Origin: Jatrophihabitans sp. | GTDB taxonomy: Bacteria > Actinomycetota > Actinomycetes > Mycobacteriales > Jatrophihabitantaceae | Length of the DNA: 64,000 nucleotides | NCBI GenBank assembly: GCA_035248685.1 | Contig: DATFHF010000014.1 | Location: 133 to 64,132 of the forward strand | Direction: 5' to 3' | In this document: positions 43,944 to 51,756 of the stretch, piece by piece | Layout: every line of letters starts with the position of its first letter | Position numbering within the stretch: the first letter of the stretch is position 1 | The notes under the pieces: generated by a model | What the model was told of the DNA's origin: nothing | What the model saw: the letters and a program-made list of their open reading frames with translations, nothing else | Databases searched by the model: none | Made by a program: the position numbers and the translations under genes

Positions 43944-43967
43944 ATGCGTAATGCCGAGTGGCCGTAA
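43944..43967 (+). CDS. candidate mini-ORF D: MRNAEWP*
   Basis: ATG CGT AAT GCC GAG TGG CCG TAA. GGAGGTGA at 43929-43936 lies 7 nt upstream. Confidence 0.45.
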   Translation: MRNAEWP

Positions 43968-44079
43968 GCCACCACATCGCGTCCATGATGGATCGGCAAC
44001 ACCTCAGTGGTGTTAGTCGGGCCGGTCCCGGCCACCTCCGACCCAGCCCTGGCCGGTCGCGGCCGACTGTTATGTTGCG

Positions 44080-45156
44080 GTGGTGCCGGAATCCCACCCC
44101 GCTGCCCGGCCGCTGCCGGCGCTGGTCGTCGTCCGGCACGGCGAGACCGAATGGAGCCGATCCGGCCGGCATACCGGACGCAGCGACCTGCCGCTAACCG
44201 CGGCCGGCGAGCGGCAGGCGGTCGCCACCGGCGCGGTGCTGCACGCGTTGCTCGGCAATCGGGCGCCGGCGCTTGTGCTCAGTTCGCCGCGGCAGCGGGC
44301 CCGCCGTACCGCCGAGCTTTCCGGCTACCCAGCGGACGAGCTGACCGAAGACGCCGCCGAATGGGACTACGGCCAACTGGAGGGGCTTACCTCCGCCGAG
44401 ATCGGCGAACGGTATCCGGACTGGTCGATCTGGACCGGCCCGGTGCCTGGTGGCGAGGATGCCGACGCGGTCAGCACGCGGATCGATCGGCTGCTTCAAC
44501 GGGTGGCCGAGGCGGGTGGGCCGGTGTTGATCTTCTCGCACGGGCATGCCAGCCGCTGCCTGGCGGCCCGCTGGTTGGGCGAGCCGGTGAGCAGCGGACA
44601 GCACTACCGGCTGGATACCGGCGGCATCGGGGTCCTCGGCTTCGAGCACGACTGGCCGGTGATCCTGCAGTGGAACATCGATAGTGGGCCGAACGCCGAC
44701 GACCAAACTTCGACAGCCGGGGGGCAAGCCATGAGCGAGACGTTGATTGAAGATGCTGCCTCGACCGACGTCGTCGAGCTCACCGTGCCGGCCGACCCGG
44801 CCTATATCGCGGTGCTGCGGGCGGTCACCGCTTCGTTGTCTGCCCGGCGCGACTTCACCCTCGACGAGATCGATGACCTGCGGATCGCGGTGGACGAAGC
44901 CTGCGCGCTGCTGCTGCCGCACGCCCAGCCCGCCAGCCCGCTGTCGGCCGTCTTCGGCGGGACCGGCGACCAGCTCCAGGCGCAGGTCTCGATCGAGCTG
45001 ACCGACCATATCGAGCTGACCGACCATGATGCGATGCTGGACGAGACCAGCTTCGCTTGGATGGTGCTCACCGCGCTGACCGACTCGGTGACCAGCGCTG
45101 CCGCCGATGGTCGGCTGGCCCTCACCTTCACCAAGGCCCGGGGCGCCCGCAATTGA
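44080..45156 (+). CDS. histidine phosphatase (PGAM-like) domain reading through, without a stop, into an RsbW/UsfX-like anti-sigma-F domain
   Basis: The N-terminus LVVVRHGETEWSRSGRHTGRSDLPLT carries the RHG motif, with ..FSHGH.. later. No stop codon precedes the anti-sigma segment that begins at codon 218. Confidence 0.7.
   Translation: MVPESHPAARPLPALVVVRHGETEWSRSGRHTGRSDLPLTAAGERQAVATGAVLHALLGNRAPALVLSSPRQRARRTAELSGYPADELTEDAAEWDYGQLEGLTSAEIGERYPDWSIWTGPVPGGEDADAVSTRIDRLLQRVAEAGGPVLIFSHGHASRCLAARWLGEPVSSGQHYRLDTGGIGVLGFEHDWPVILQWNIDSGPNADDQTSTAGGQAMSETLIEDAASTDVVELTVPADPAYIAVLRAVTASLSARRDFTLDEIDDLRIAVDEACALLLPHAQPASPLSAVFGGTGDQLQAQVSIELTDHIELTDHDAMLDETSFAWMVLTALTDSVTSAAADGRLALTFTKARGARN
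44731..45156 (+). CDS. rsbW: anti-sigma-F factor (RsbW/UsfX-like), possible independent start
   Basis: MSETLIEDAASTDVVELTVPADPAYIAVLRAVTASLSARRDFTLDEIDDLRIAVDEACALLL .. SFAWMVLTALTDSV aligns by eye with mycobacterial UsfX/RsbW. It lies directly upstream of sigF with an overlapping stop/start. Confidence 0.7.
   Translation: MSETLIEDAASTDVVELTVPADPAYIAVLRAVTASLSARRDFTLDEIDDLRIAVDEACALLLPHAQPASPLSAVFGGTGDQLQAQVSIELTDHIELTDHDAMLDETSFAWMVLTALTDSVTSAAADGRLALTFTKARGARN
44992..45027 (+). repeat. perfect 18-bp tandem duplication inside rsbW (IELTDH x2)
   Basis: ATCGAGCTGACCGACCAT is repeated head-to-tail at 44992-45009 and 45010-45027, in frame. Confidence 0.95.
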
Positions 45157-45932
45157 CGGGCGAACGCAGCCGGCCGAGCCGGGATCGCACGCACCAACTG
45201 TTCGCCGAGCTCACCACGTTGGAGCCCGGCAGCCCGCACCATCACGAGGTGCGGGCCGAACTGGTGCAGATCCACCTGCCGCTGGTGCGCTATCTAGCCC
45301 GGCGCTTCGCCGGCCGGGGTGAGCCGACCGACGACCTCGTCCAGATCGGAACCATCGGCCTGCTCCAGGCGATCGATCGGTTCGAGCCGGAGCGCGGCCT
45401 GGAATTCTCCACCTTCGCCACGCCGAACATCGCCGGCGAGATCAAGCGGCACTTTCGCGACCGCGGCTGGATGGTGCGGGTGCCCCGCCGGCTGCAGGAG
45501 CTTCAGGGCGAGCTGTCGACCGGAGTCAGCGAGCTGTCTCAGCGGCTGGGCCGTTCGCCGACGGTACGAGAGCTGGCCGCGCACCTCGGCCTGACCGAGG
45601 AACAGGTGATCGAGGGCACCGACTCGGCCCGGGCCTACTCCGCCGTCCCCATCGACGTGCCGAACAGCACCACCGGGCTAACCGTGGCGGACAGCCTGAT
45701 CGACTCCGACGACGCGATGGAACACGTCGAACTGCGACACACCCTGCGCCCGGTGCTGGCGCGGCTGGGCGAACGCGAGCGCATCGCGCTGGTGCTGCGC
45801 TTCGTGGAGAACAAGACCCAGAGCGAGATCGCCCAGGCGCTCGGGGTCTCGCAGGTGCATGTGTCCCGGCTGCTGTCGAAGACCCTGATGGAACTGCGAC
45901 AGAAGCTGCCGGACGTCCGGCTGCCGGACTGA
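45153..45932 (+). CDS. sigF: RNA polymerase sigma factor SigF (SigB/F/G group)
   Basis: DDLVQIGTIGLLQAIDRFEPERGLEFSTFATPNIAGEIKRHFRDRGWMVRVPRRLQEL .. QSEIAQALGVSQVHVSRLL is close to M. tuberculosis SigF. The TTG 45153 start overlaps the rsbW stop; the ORF opens at 45057. Confidence 0.9.
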   Translation: MTGERSRPSRDRTHQLFAELTTLEPGSPHHHEVRAELVQIHLPLVRYLARRFAGRGEPTDDLVQIGTIGLLQAIDRFEPERGLEFSTFATPNIAGEIKRHFRDRGWMVRVPRRLQELQGELSTGVSELSQRLGRSPTVRELAAHLGLTEEQVIEGTDSARAYSAVPIDVPNSTTGLTVADSLIDSDDAMEHVELRHTLRPVLARLGERERIALVLRFVENKTQSEIAQALGVSQVHVSRLLSKTLMELRQKLPDVRLPD

Positions 45933-45949
45933 AGGCTCCGCGGGACGGA

Positions 45950-46372
45950 TCAGAGCATCCGGTCCAACGCGGCCCGGGCGCTCGGCGTGAACAGCACCAC
46001 CAGCACCGCCACCGCGATCGCCAAGATCGGCACGCCCACCGCCGACCGGCCGGCCTGGATGCCGAGCGAATAGCCGACCGGCAAGGCCAGTAGCTGGATC
46101 AGCACGATCGGCGAGCGCGAACTCGGCCGCAGTCCGAGCAGGCCACGCGCGCACAACCCGAGCACCAACGAGCCGAGCAGCGCGAATGCCGCGATGGCCA
46201 GCGCCGCCCACAGCCGGTTGCTGCTGTGCAGCACCGCCAGGGCGATGAGCACCACCGTCACGACCAGCAGCGCCACCGCCTCCGCCCCGACCAGGCCGGC
46301 GGCCAGCCGCACCGTGCCGGGGACGGTCGTCGGCTCGGCGGGTTCCGTCCCCTGGTCCGGCCGATCGTCCAC
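45950..46372 (-). CDS. integral membrane protein, unknown function
   Basis: Four hydrophobic helices. Start set at GTG 46372 so that it does not overlap the divergent lipid-kinase gene; the ORF opens at 46492. Confidence 0.55.
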   Translation of the reverse strand: MDDRPDQGTEPAEPTTVPGTVRLAAGLVGAEAVALLVVTVVLIALAVLHSSNRLWAALAIAAFALLGSLVLGLCARGLLGLRPSSRSPIVLIQLLALPVGYSLGIQAGRSAVGVPILAIAVAVLVVLFTPSARAALDRML

Positions 46373-46448
46373 CCCAGTAGCGTATGCGACCGGGCCCGGC
46401 CGGCCTCGTACCACCGGAACCGACGCTACCGACGAGTACAGTCGGCGC

Positions 46449-47456
46449 GTGCGCGTCCTCGTCGTGTCGAACCCGCGGGCCACCATGACCACCGCCCGTC
46501 AGCGGGACGTATTGGTGCACGCGCTGGCCGCCGACGCCAAGCTCGAGGTGGAGGAGACCGCCAACCGCGGCCACGCGGCCGCGCTGGCCTGCCGCGCAAT
46601 GCGCGACGGCGTCGATGTGGTGGTGGCACTGGGTGGCGACGGCACCGTGAACGAGGTGGTCAACGGGCTGCTGACCGACGGGGTGCATCCGCAGGTGCCC
46701 GCGCTCGGCGTGGTCCCCGGCGGCTCGACCAATGTGTTCGCCCGTGCGCTCGGCCTGCCCAACGACCCGATCGAGGCGACGTCGGTGCTGATCGACGCGA
46801 TGGCGACGGGACGCAGCCGCCGGATCGGGCTGGGGCTGGCCGACGACCGGTACTTCCTGTTCACCGCCGGCCTGGGGTACGACGCGGCCGTGGTCGGGGA
46901 GGTCGAGGCGCATCGGCGGCGGGGCAAGACCTCGACACACGCCCTGTACGTCCGGACCGCGGTGCGTACCTTCTTCGCCCAGAACCGGCACCAGCCGGCG
47001 ATCCGGCTGGAGCTACCGGACGGCACCGCCATCGACCAGCTCTACATGGCGCTGGTGAACAACTGCGACCCTTGGACGTTCCTCGGCAACCGGCCGGTCT
47101 CGCCCACCCCGAACGCATCCTTCGATACCGGCCTGGACGTCTACGCGCGTACCCGGATGGGGGTGCCCGGGGTGCTCTGGTCGGCCAGCCGGATGACCCG
47201 CCGACGGCCGGCTGGACCTGCGGTGTCGCAGCGGTTGCGCCGATTGGTGGGACGAGCCAGCTCAGGCACGGCTGAGCCGGCTGCGGCGCCCACAGCCAGC
47301 CGGCAGGCACTCGGCGCACTAGTGGTGCACGACCTGGCCGATTTCCGGCTCCGCGCGGCCAAACCACTGCCGTTTCAGGTGGACGGCGACGCATTAGATA
47401 AACGAGAATATGTTCGATTCCGAGAAATTCCAGCTGCGGTGGAAGTTTTCGTCTAG
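46449..47456 (+). CDS. diacylglycerol-kinase-family lipid kinase
   Basis: GTG 46449 gives VRVLVVSNPRA. ..VVALGGDGTVNEVVNGL.. and LGVVPGGSTNVFARALG are DAGK catalytic-domain motifs. Confidence 0.85.
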   Translation: MRVLVVSNPRATMTTARQRDVLVHALAADAKLEVEETANRGHAAALACRAMRDGVDVVVALGGDGTVNEVVNGLLTDGVHPQVPALGVVPGGSTNVFARALGLPNDPIEATSVLIDAMATGRSRRIGLGLADDRYFLFTAGLGYDAAVVGEVEAHRRRGKTSTHALYVRTAVRTFFAQNRHQPAIRLELPDGTAIDQLYMALVNNCDPWTFLGNRPVSPTPNASFDTGLDVYARTRMGVPGVLWSASRMTRRRPAGPAVSQRLRRLVGRASSGTAEPAAAPTASRQALGALVVHDLADFRLRAAKPLPFQVDGDALDKREYVRFREIPAAVEVFV

Positions 47457-47698
47457 AAACCTGAGCGGTTTTCAACGCGCTGGCTCCAGGCATATGTCCT
47501 AATATGGCTGTGCCTAACCTGTGCACGTAGCAAGCCTGCATTGAGGAATTGCGTTTCCCACTTGCTCAGTCGCGCTCAGTAAGCAAGGCTTAACCCGACC
47601 AAGAGTTACGTCCGCAGCTCACGACCGGTGCAAGAAGCCCCCGGTCCGGCGACGCGGACAAGCCTGTGTACGGCGGTCCTTGAAGTAGGCCGCAGCTC

Positions 47699-47713
47699 GT
47701 GAAAGAATTCACA
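47699..47713. promoter_or_regulatory. CRP/FNR-type binding-site candidate upstream of whiB1
   Basis: GTGA-AAGAAT-TCACA fits TGTGA-N6-TCACA in 9 of 10 half-site positions and lies about 70 nt upstream of the whiB1 ATG. Confidence 0.4.
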
Positions 47714-47778
47714 AGCAGTACTGCTGTGTTGCAAACAGCTGCCGCGGCAGTGATTCCCCTAAGTGAGGAGATCGACAC

Positions 47779-48030
47779 ATGGACTGGCGTCACCGCGCGG
47801 TTTGCCGCGACGAGGACCCGGAACTGTTCTTTCCAATCGGTAATACCGGTCCGGCATTGATGCAGATCGAAGAGGCGAAGGCAGTCTGCCGGCGCTGTCC
47901 GGTCATGTCTGAATGCCTTGCCTGGGCGCTAGAAAGCGGGCAGGACGCCGGTGTGTGGGGTGGACTTAGCGAGGACGAGCGGCGCGCGCTGAAGCGGCGC
48001 AATGCCCGGGCCAGAGCCCGAATGTCCTGA
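47779..48030 (+). CDS. whiB1: WhiB-family [4Fe-4S] transcription factor, WhiB1-like
   Basis: MDWRHRAVCRDEDPELFFPIGNTGPALMQIEEAKAVCRRCPVMSECLAWALESGQDAGVWGGLSEDERRALKRRNAR is near-identical in pattern to M. tuberculosis WhiB1. GAGGAG RBS. Confidence 0.95.
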   Translation: MDWRHRAVCRDEDPELFFPIGNTGPALMQIEEAKAVCRRCPVMSECLAWALESGQDAGVWGGLSEDERRALKRRNARARARMS

Positions 48031-48112
48031 TCGATCGAAGCCGAATCGCGTCCGTGCGACGACTCGCGCCTAGCGTGGCGAGGAGTCGCACGCCGGGTGC
48101 GCTTGCGCCGGG

Positions 48113-49639
48113 CTAACCTGCCTGGTTGAGCGGTACCCGTACCGTCGCGGTGGTCCCTGACCCGGCTCGGCCGCGATCGGTCAGCTCCAGGCTGGCATCC
48201 AACTCCGCGCCCACCAGCGTCCGGACGATCTGCAAGCCCAGCCGGTCTGAACCGTCCAGCGAGAACTTCGCCGGCAGGCCGACCCCGTCGTCGGTAATCG
48301 CGACCGTCAGGGCGCTCGAAGAACGCCGGCCGGACACCTGCACGGTGCCGGAGTGGCCTTCCGGAAAGCCGTGCTCCACCGCGTTGCCGACCAACTCGGT
48401 GAGCACCATCACCAGCGGCGTGGCCAGTTCGGCAGGCAGTTCGCCGAAGGTGCCGACCCGGCTCACCCGGACCCGGCCGGCCGCGCCGGTCACCTCCCCG
48501 AGCATGGCCAGCAGCCGGTCCACCACCTCGTCGAAGGCCACCTCCTCGTCGATCGCCGACGACAGCGTCTCGTGCACCAGCGCGATCGAAGAGACCCGAC
48601 GCATGGACTCCTCCAGGGCGGTCCGGGCCTCGGCGTTGGCGACCCGGCGCGACTGCAACCGCAGCAGCGCGGCCACCGTCTGGAGGTTGTTCTTCACCCG
48701 GTGGTGGATCTCGCGGATGGTTGCGTCCTTGGACATGATCTGGCGGTCCCGCCGGCGCAGTTCGGTGACGTCCTGAAGCAGCACCAGCGCGCCCAATGAC
48801 TCGGTGCGCGGGTGCAACGGGATGGCCCGGAACTGCACGATAGCGCCGGCTCCGCTGTCGAGTTCGCGACTGTGCGGGTGCACTCCGCTCAGCGCCTCGG
48901 CGAGCATGCCGGCGACGTCGGCCGCCTGGAACGGGTCGCTGGTTAGGGTGCGCACCGCGTCGGCGAACAGCTCGTCCTGGAGATTGCCGTTGAACCCCAG
49001 CCGACGCAGCGCGGACGAGCCGTTCGGGCTGGCGTAAAGCACCCGCCCGACGTTGTCCACCCGGATCATGCCGTCGCCGACCCGCGGGCCGGCCGCGTCC
49101 TCACGCTGGTTGGCCGGGCCGGGGAACTGCCCGGTGGACACCATGGTGGCCAGGTCCGCCGCGCTTTGCAGATAGGCCAGCTCCAGCTGGCTGGGGCTAC
49201 GGACGCTGGTCAGGTTGCTGTCCCGGCCCAGCACCGCGATGGTCCGGTCGGCGAACACGATCGGGATCGCCTCCCGCCGGATTGGGGTGTCACCCTCCCA
49301 GTCCGGGTCGGACTCCCGAAAGATCCGGGCCTCGACCAGGGCCACCTGGAGCGCCGCCGCCCGGCTGCCGCTGAGCCGCTCGCCGACCCGGTCGTGCAGG
49401 TAGGCGGTTTGGCCGGTGGTGGGCCGGCACTGGGCGGCGCACAAGAACACCTGATCGACCTCGGTGTCCGGCCGGGCGCCGTTCTGGTTTCCGGTGGCCT
49501 CGACCGGCACCCAGAGCAGCAGGTCGGCGAAGGACATGTCCGACAGCAGCTGCCACTCGGCCACCAGTTGCTGGAGGTGGGCGATCTGGTCGGCATCCAG
49601 CGCGGTATGCCCGGCCAGCAGGACGGTCAGAGCGGACAT
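48113..49639 (-). CDS. pdtaS: sensor histidine kinase PdtaS-like (GAF-PAS-HisKA_2-HATPase)
   Basis: H-box EIHHRVKNNLQTVAALLRLQSRR, a C-terminal HATPase domain (ELVGNAVEHGF, DDGVGLP), and convergent synteny with whiB1 as in mycobacteria. Confidence 0.85.
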   Translation of the reverse strand: MSALTVLLAGHTALDADQIAHLQQLVAEWQLLSDMSFADLLLWVPVEATGNQNGARPDTEVDQVFLCAAQCRPTTGQTAYLHDRVGERLSGSRAAALQVALVEARIFRESDPDWEGDTPIRREAIPIVFADRTIAVLGRDSNLTSVRSPSQLELAYLQSAADLATMVSTGQFPGPANQREDAAGPRVGDGMIRVDNVGRVLYASPNGSSALRRLGFNGNLQDELFADAVRTLTSDPFQAADVAGMLAEALSGVHPHSRELDSGAGAIVQFRAIPLHPRTESLGALVLLQDVTELRRRDRQIMSKDATIREIHHRVKNNLQTVAALLRLQSRRVANAEARTALEESMRRVSSIALVHETLSSAIDEEVAFDEVVDRLLAMLGEVTGAAGRVRVSRVGTFGELPAELATPLVMVLTELVGNAVEHGFPEGHSGTVQVSGRRSSSALTVAITDDGVGLPAKFSLDGSDRLGLQIVRTLVGAELDASLELTDRGRAGSGTTATVRVPLNQAG

Positions 49640-49661
49640 GGTCGCCCCAGCGTGCCATAAC

Positions 49662-50537
49662 TCAGCCGGCGGCCTCGATCGCCTCGCGCACCGTGCGGTG
49701 TGCCGCCGCCAGCCTGGCCGCCTCGCCCGGAGCCAGGCCGGTGCTCAGATGCACCAGCGCGGCCCGGGCGTTCCAATCGCAGCTGACCAGCGCCTGCCAG
49801 GCCCGATCGGTGTCCACCGCGGCACCGTCCGCCACCGCGGCGGCCACCCGGTTGCGCAGCTTGTCGTTGGCCGCCACCACATCGATCATGTGGCTGCCGT
49901 GCACCCGGCCGAGCCGGATCATCATGGCCGTGGTCAGCGTGTTCAACGCCAGCTTCTGTGCGGTGCCGGCCGCCAGCCTGGTGGAGCCGGTGACCACCTC
50001 CTCACCCACCGGCAGCTCGATGGCAATGTCGGCCAGCGCGGCCAGCGGGCTGCCCGGCCGGTTGGTCACGGTGATCAGCCCGGCGCCGAGCTCCCGCGCT
50101 CGGCCGGCGGCAGCACAGGTGTACGGAGTGCGGCCGCTGGCAGCCACCGCGATCAACACGTCCGCCGGGCCGGCGGCCAGCTCGGCAACATCGGCCACGC
50201 CCAGCTCGCCGTCGTCCTCGGCCGCGTCCGTCCCGACCAGCTGGCCAGGGCCGCCGCCGGCCACTCGCGCCTGGATCCGGTCAGCGGGGATGCCGTAGGT
50301 GCCGGGTACCTCCACCGCCTCCTGTACCGCCAGCCGACCGGACGTCCCGGCGCCCAGCAGCAATACCCGGCCACCGGCCTGGTAGCGAGCCACCAGCAGG
50401 TCCACCGCTCGGCCCAGCTCTCCGCTGGCCGCCTGCACGACCTGGGCTACCTGCGCCTGGCCGGCCAACACCGCGGTCACGGCCTGCTCGGTGTCCAATG
50501 CATCCAGCGGGCGCCGGTCCGGCAGCTGGATCACCAC
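49662..50537 (-). CDS. murQ: N-acetylmuramic acid 6-phosphate etherase
   Basis: SIS domain: GGRVLLLGAGTSGRLAVQEAVEVPGTYG, ..VIAVAASGRTPYT.., TGSTRLAAGTAQKLALN. Confidence 0.85.
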   Translation of the reverse strand: MVIQLPDRRPLDALDTEQAVTAVLAGQAQVAQVVQAASGELGRAVDLLVARYQAGGRVLLLGAGTSGRLAVQEAVEVPGTYGIPADRIQARVAGGGPGQLVGTDAAEDDGELGVADVAELAAGPADVLIAVAASGRTPYTCAAAGRARELGAGLITVTNRPGSPLAALADIAIELPVGEEVVTGSTRLAAGTAQKLALNTLTTAMMIRLGRVHGSHMIDVVAANDKLRNRVAAAVADGAAVDTDRAWQALVSCDWNARAALVHLSTGLAPGEAARLAAAHRTVREAIEAAG

Positions 50538-51619
50538 GTCCGGGTCACCTTCGCCAGGCCGCGCGGGGCGTCCGGGTCGCCGCCGCGCAGCACCGCCAGC
50601 CGGCAGGCCAGCTGCTGAAGCGGCAGGATCTCCACGATCGGATATAGCTCCTCGGGCAGGCCGGCGGTGATCACCGGCAGGTACTGGTCGGCCGGCTGCG
50701 CTGCGCTGTCGAGGTCGCCGGCCGGGTCACCGACCAGCAGCAGATCCGCCTGCCGCTCGCGCAGCCGCTCCAGCACCGCAAGCATCGCACGGCCACCGGC
50801 CCCCGGGGTGTGGATCGCGATCAACGGCAGGCCGGTCTCCACCATCGCCATCGGACCGTGCAGCAGGTCGGCGCCGGAGAACGCCTGGGCGCTCAGGTAG
50901 CAGGTTTCCATCAGCTTCAGCGCCGCCTCCCGCGCGGTCGGGTAGCCGAACCCGCGACCGGTGGTGATCAGCCGGTCAGCGGCCAGGTACCGCTGCGCCG
51001 CGGCGGTTACCGCGGGATCGGCGGCCGCCAGCGTCTGCTCGGCGGCAGCCGCCAGGAGCCGGACCTGCTCGGCCAGCTCCGGCCGGTCCAGCCCCGCACC
51101 GGCCAGCGGCGCCAGCAGCAGGTACAGCGCGAGCAGTTCGGCGGTGTAGGACTTGGTGGCCGCCACTGCCCGCTCCGGGCCGGCATGCAGGTCGAGTTGG
51201 TACTCCGCGGCCCGAGCGAGTTCGGAGGCCGGGTTGTTGGTCACCGCCACCGTCAACGCGCCACAGTCCCGCGCCGCCACCAGCGACTCGAGCAGATCCG
51301 GTGAGCCGCCGGACTGGCTGATCGCGAGGAACAGCACGTCGCGCAGCTCCGGTCGGGCGCCGTAAACGGTCATCGCGGACGGCGACACCAGGCCGGCCGG
51401 CAGCCTGAGCCGTACCTCGACCAGGTACTTGGCATACAGCGCGGCATGGTCGGAGCTGCCCCGGGCAGCCAGCAAAACGAAGCGCGGCCGGCGGTCCGCC
51501 AGCGCGGCGCGCACCTGGGCCAGCTCGGCGCCCCCATCGGCAAACAGCCGTGCCAGCACCGCCGGCTGCTCGGCGATCTCGGCCGCCATGTAGTGTCCGG
51601 CCGCCTCGATCGATCTCAT
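50531..51619 (-). CDS. SIS-domain sugar-phosphate isomerase/deaminase (GlmS C-terminal/AgaS-like)
   Basis: Start at ATG 51619 after GGGGAG. MAAEIAEQPAVL, LLAARGSSDHAALYAKYL, ISQSGGSPDL: tandem SIS domains. Confidence 0.8.
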   Translation of the reverse strand: MRSIEAAGHYMAAEIAEQPAVLARLFADGGAELAQVRAALADRRPRFVLLAARGSSDHAALYAKYLVEVRLRLPAGLVSPSAMTVYGARPELRDVLFLAISQSGGSPDLLESLVAARDCGALTVAVTNNPASELARAAEYQLDLHAGPERAVAATKSYTAELLALYLLLAPLAGAGLDRPELAEQVRLLAAAAEQTLAAADPAVTAAAQRYLAADRLITTGRGFGYPTAREAALKLMETCYLSAQAFSGADLLHGPMAMVETGLPLIAIHTPGAGGRAMLAVLERLRERQADLLLVGDPAGDLDSAAQPADQYLPVITAGLPEELYPIVEILPLQQLACRLAVLRGGDPDAPRGLAKVTRTW

Positions 51620-51638
51620 CCGACTCCCCGCTCGTCCG

Positions 51639-51654
51639 ATTGGACTAGACAAAT
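51639..51654. promoter_or_regulatory. dre-like (DasR-type) operator candidate
   Basis: ATTGGACTAGACAAAT matches ACTGGTCTAGACCACT at 12/16 positions, 20 nt upstream of the SIS/murQ operon start. Confidence 0.45.
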
Positions 51655-51685
51655 CAACAGCCTGCCGGGTTTGCCCTGGCAAGTC

Positions 51686-51701
51686 AATGGTATAGACCAC
51701 T
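51686..51701. promoter_or_regulatory. dre-like (DasR-type) operator candidate
   Basis: AATGGTATAGACCACT matches ACTGGTCTAGACCACT at 14/16 positions, between the SIS/murQ operon and the divergent GntR gene. Confidence 0.55.
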
Positions 51702-51756
51702 GGTCGGCCAAGGTGCGATAGTAGTTATCGACAGTCGGCGGAAGGATGGGTCATCG

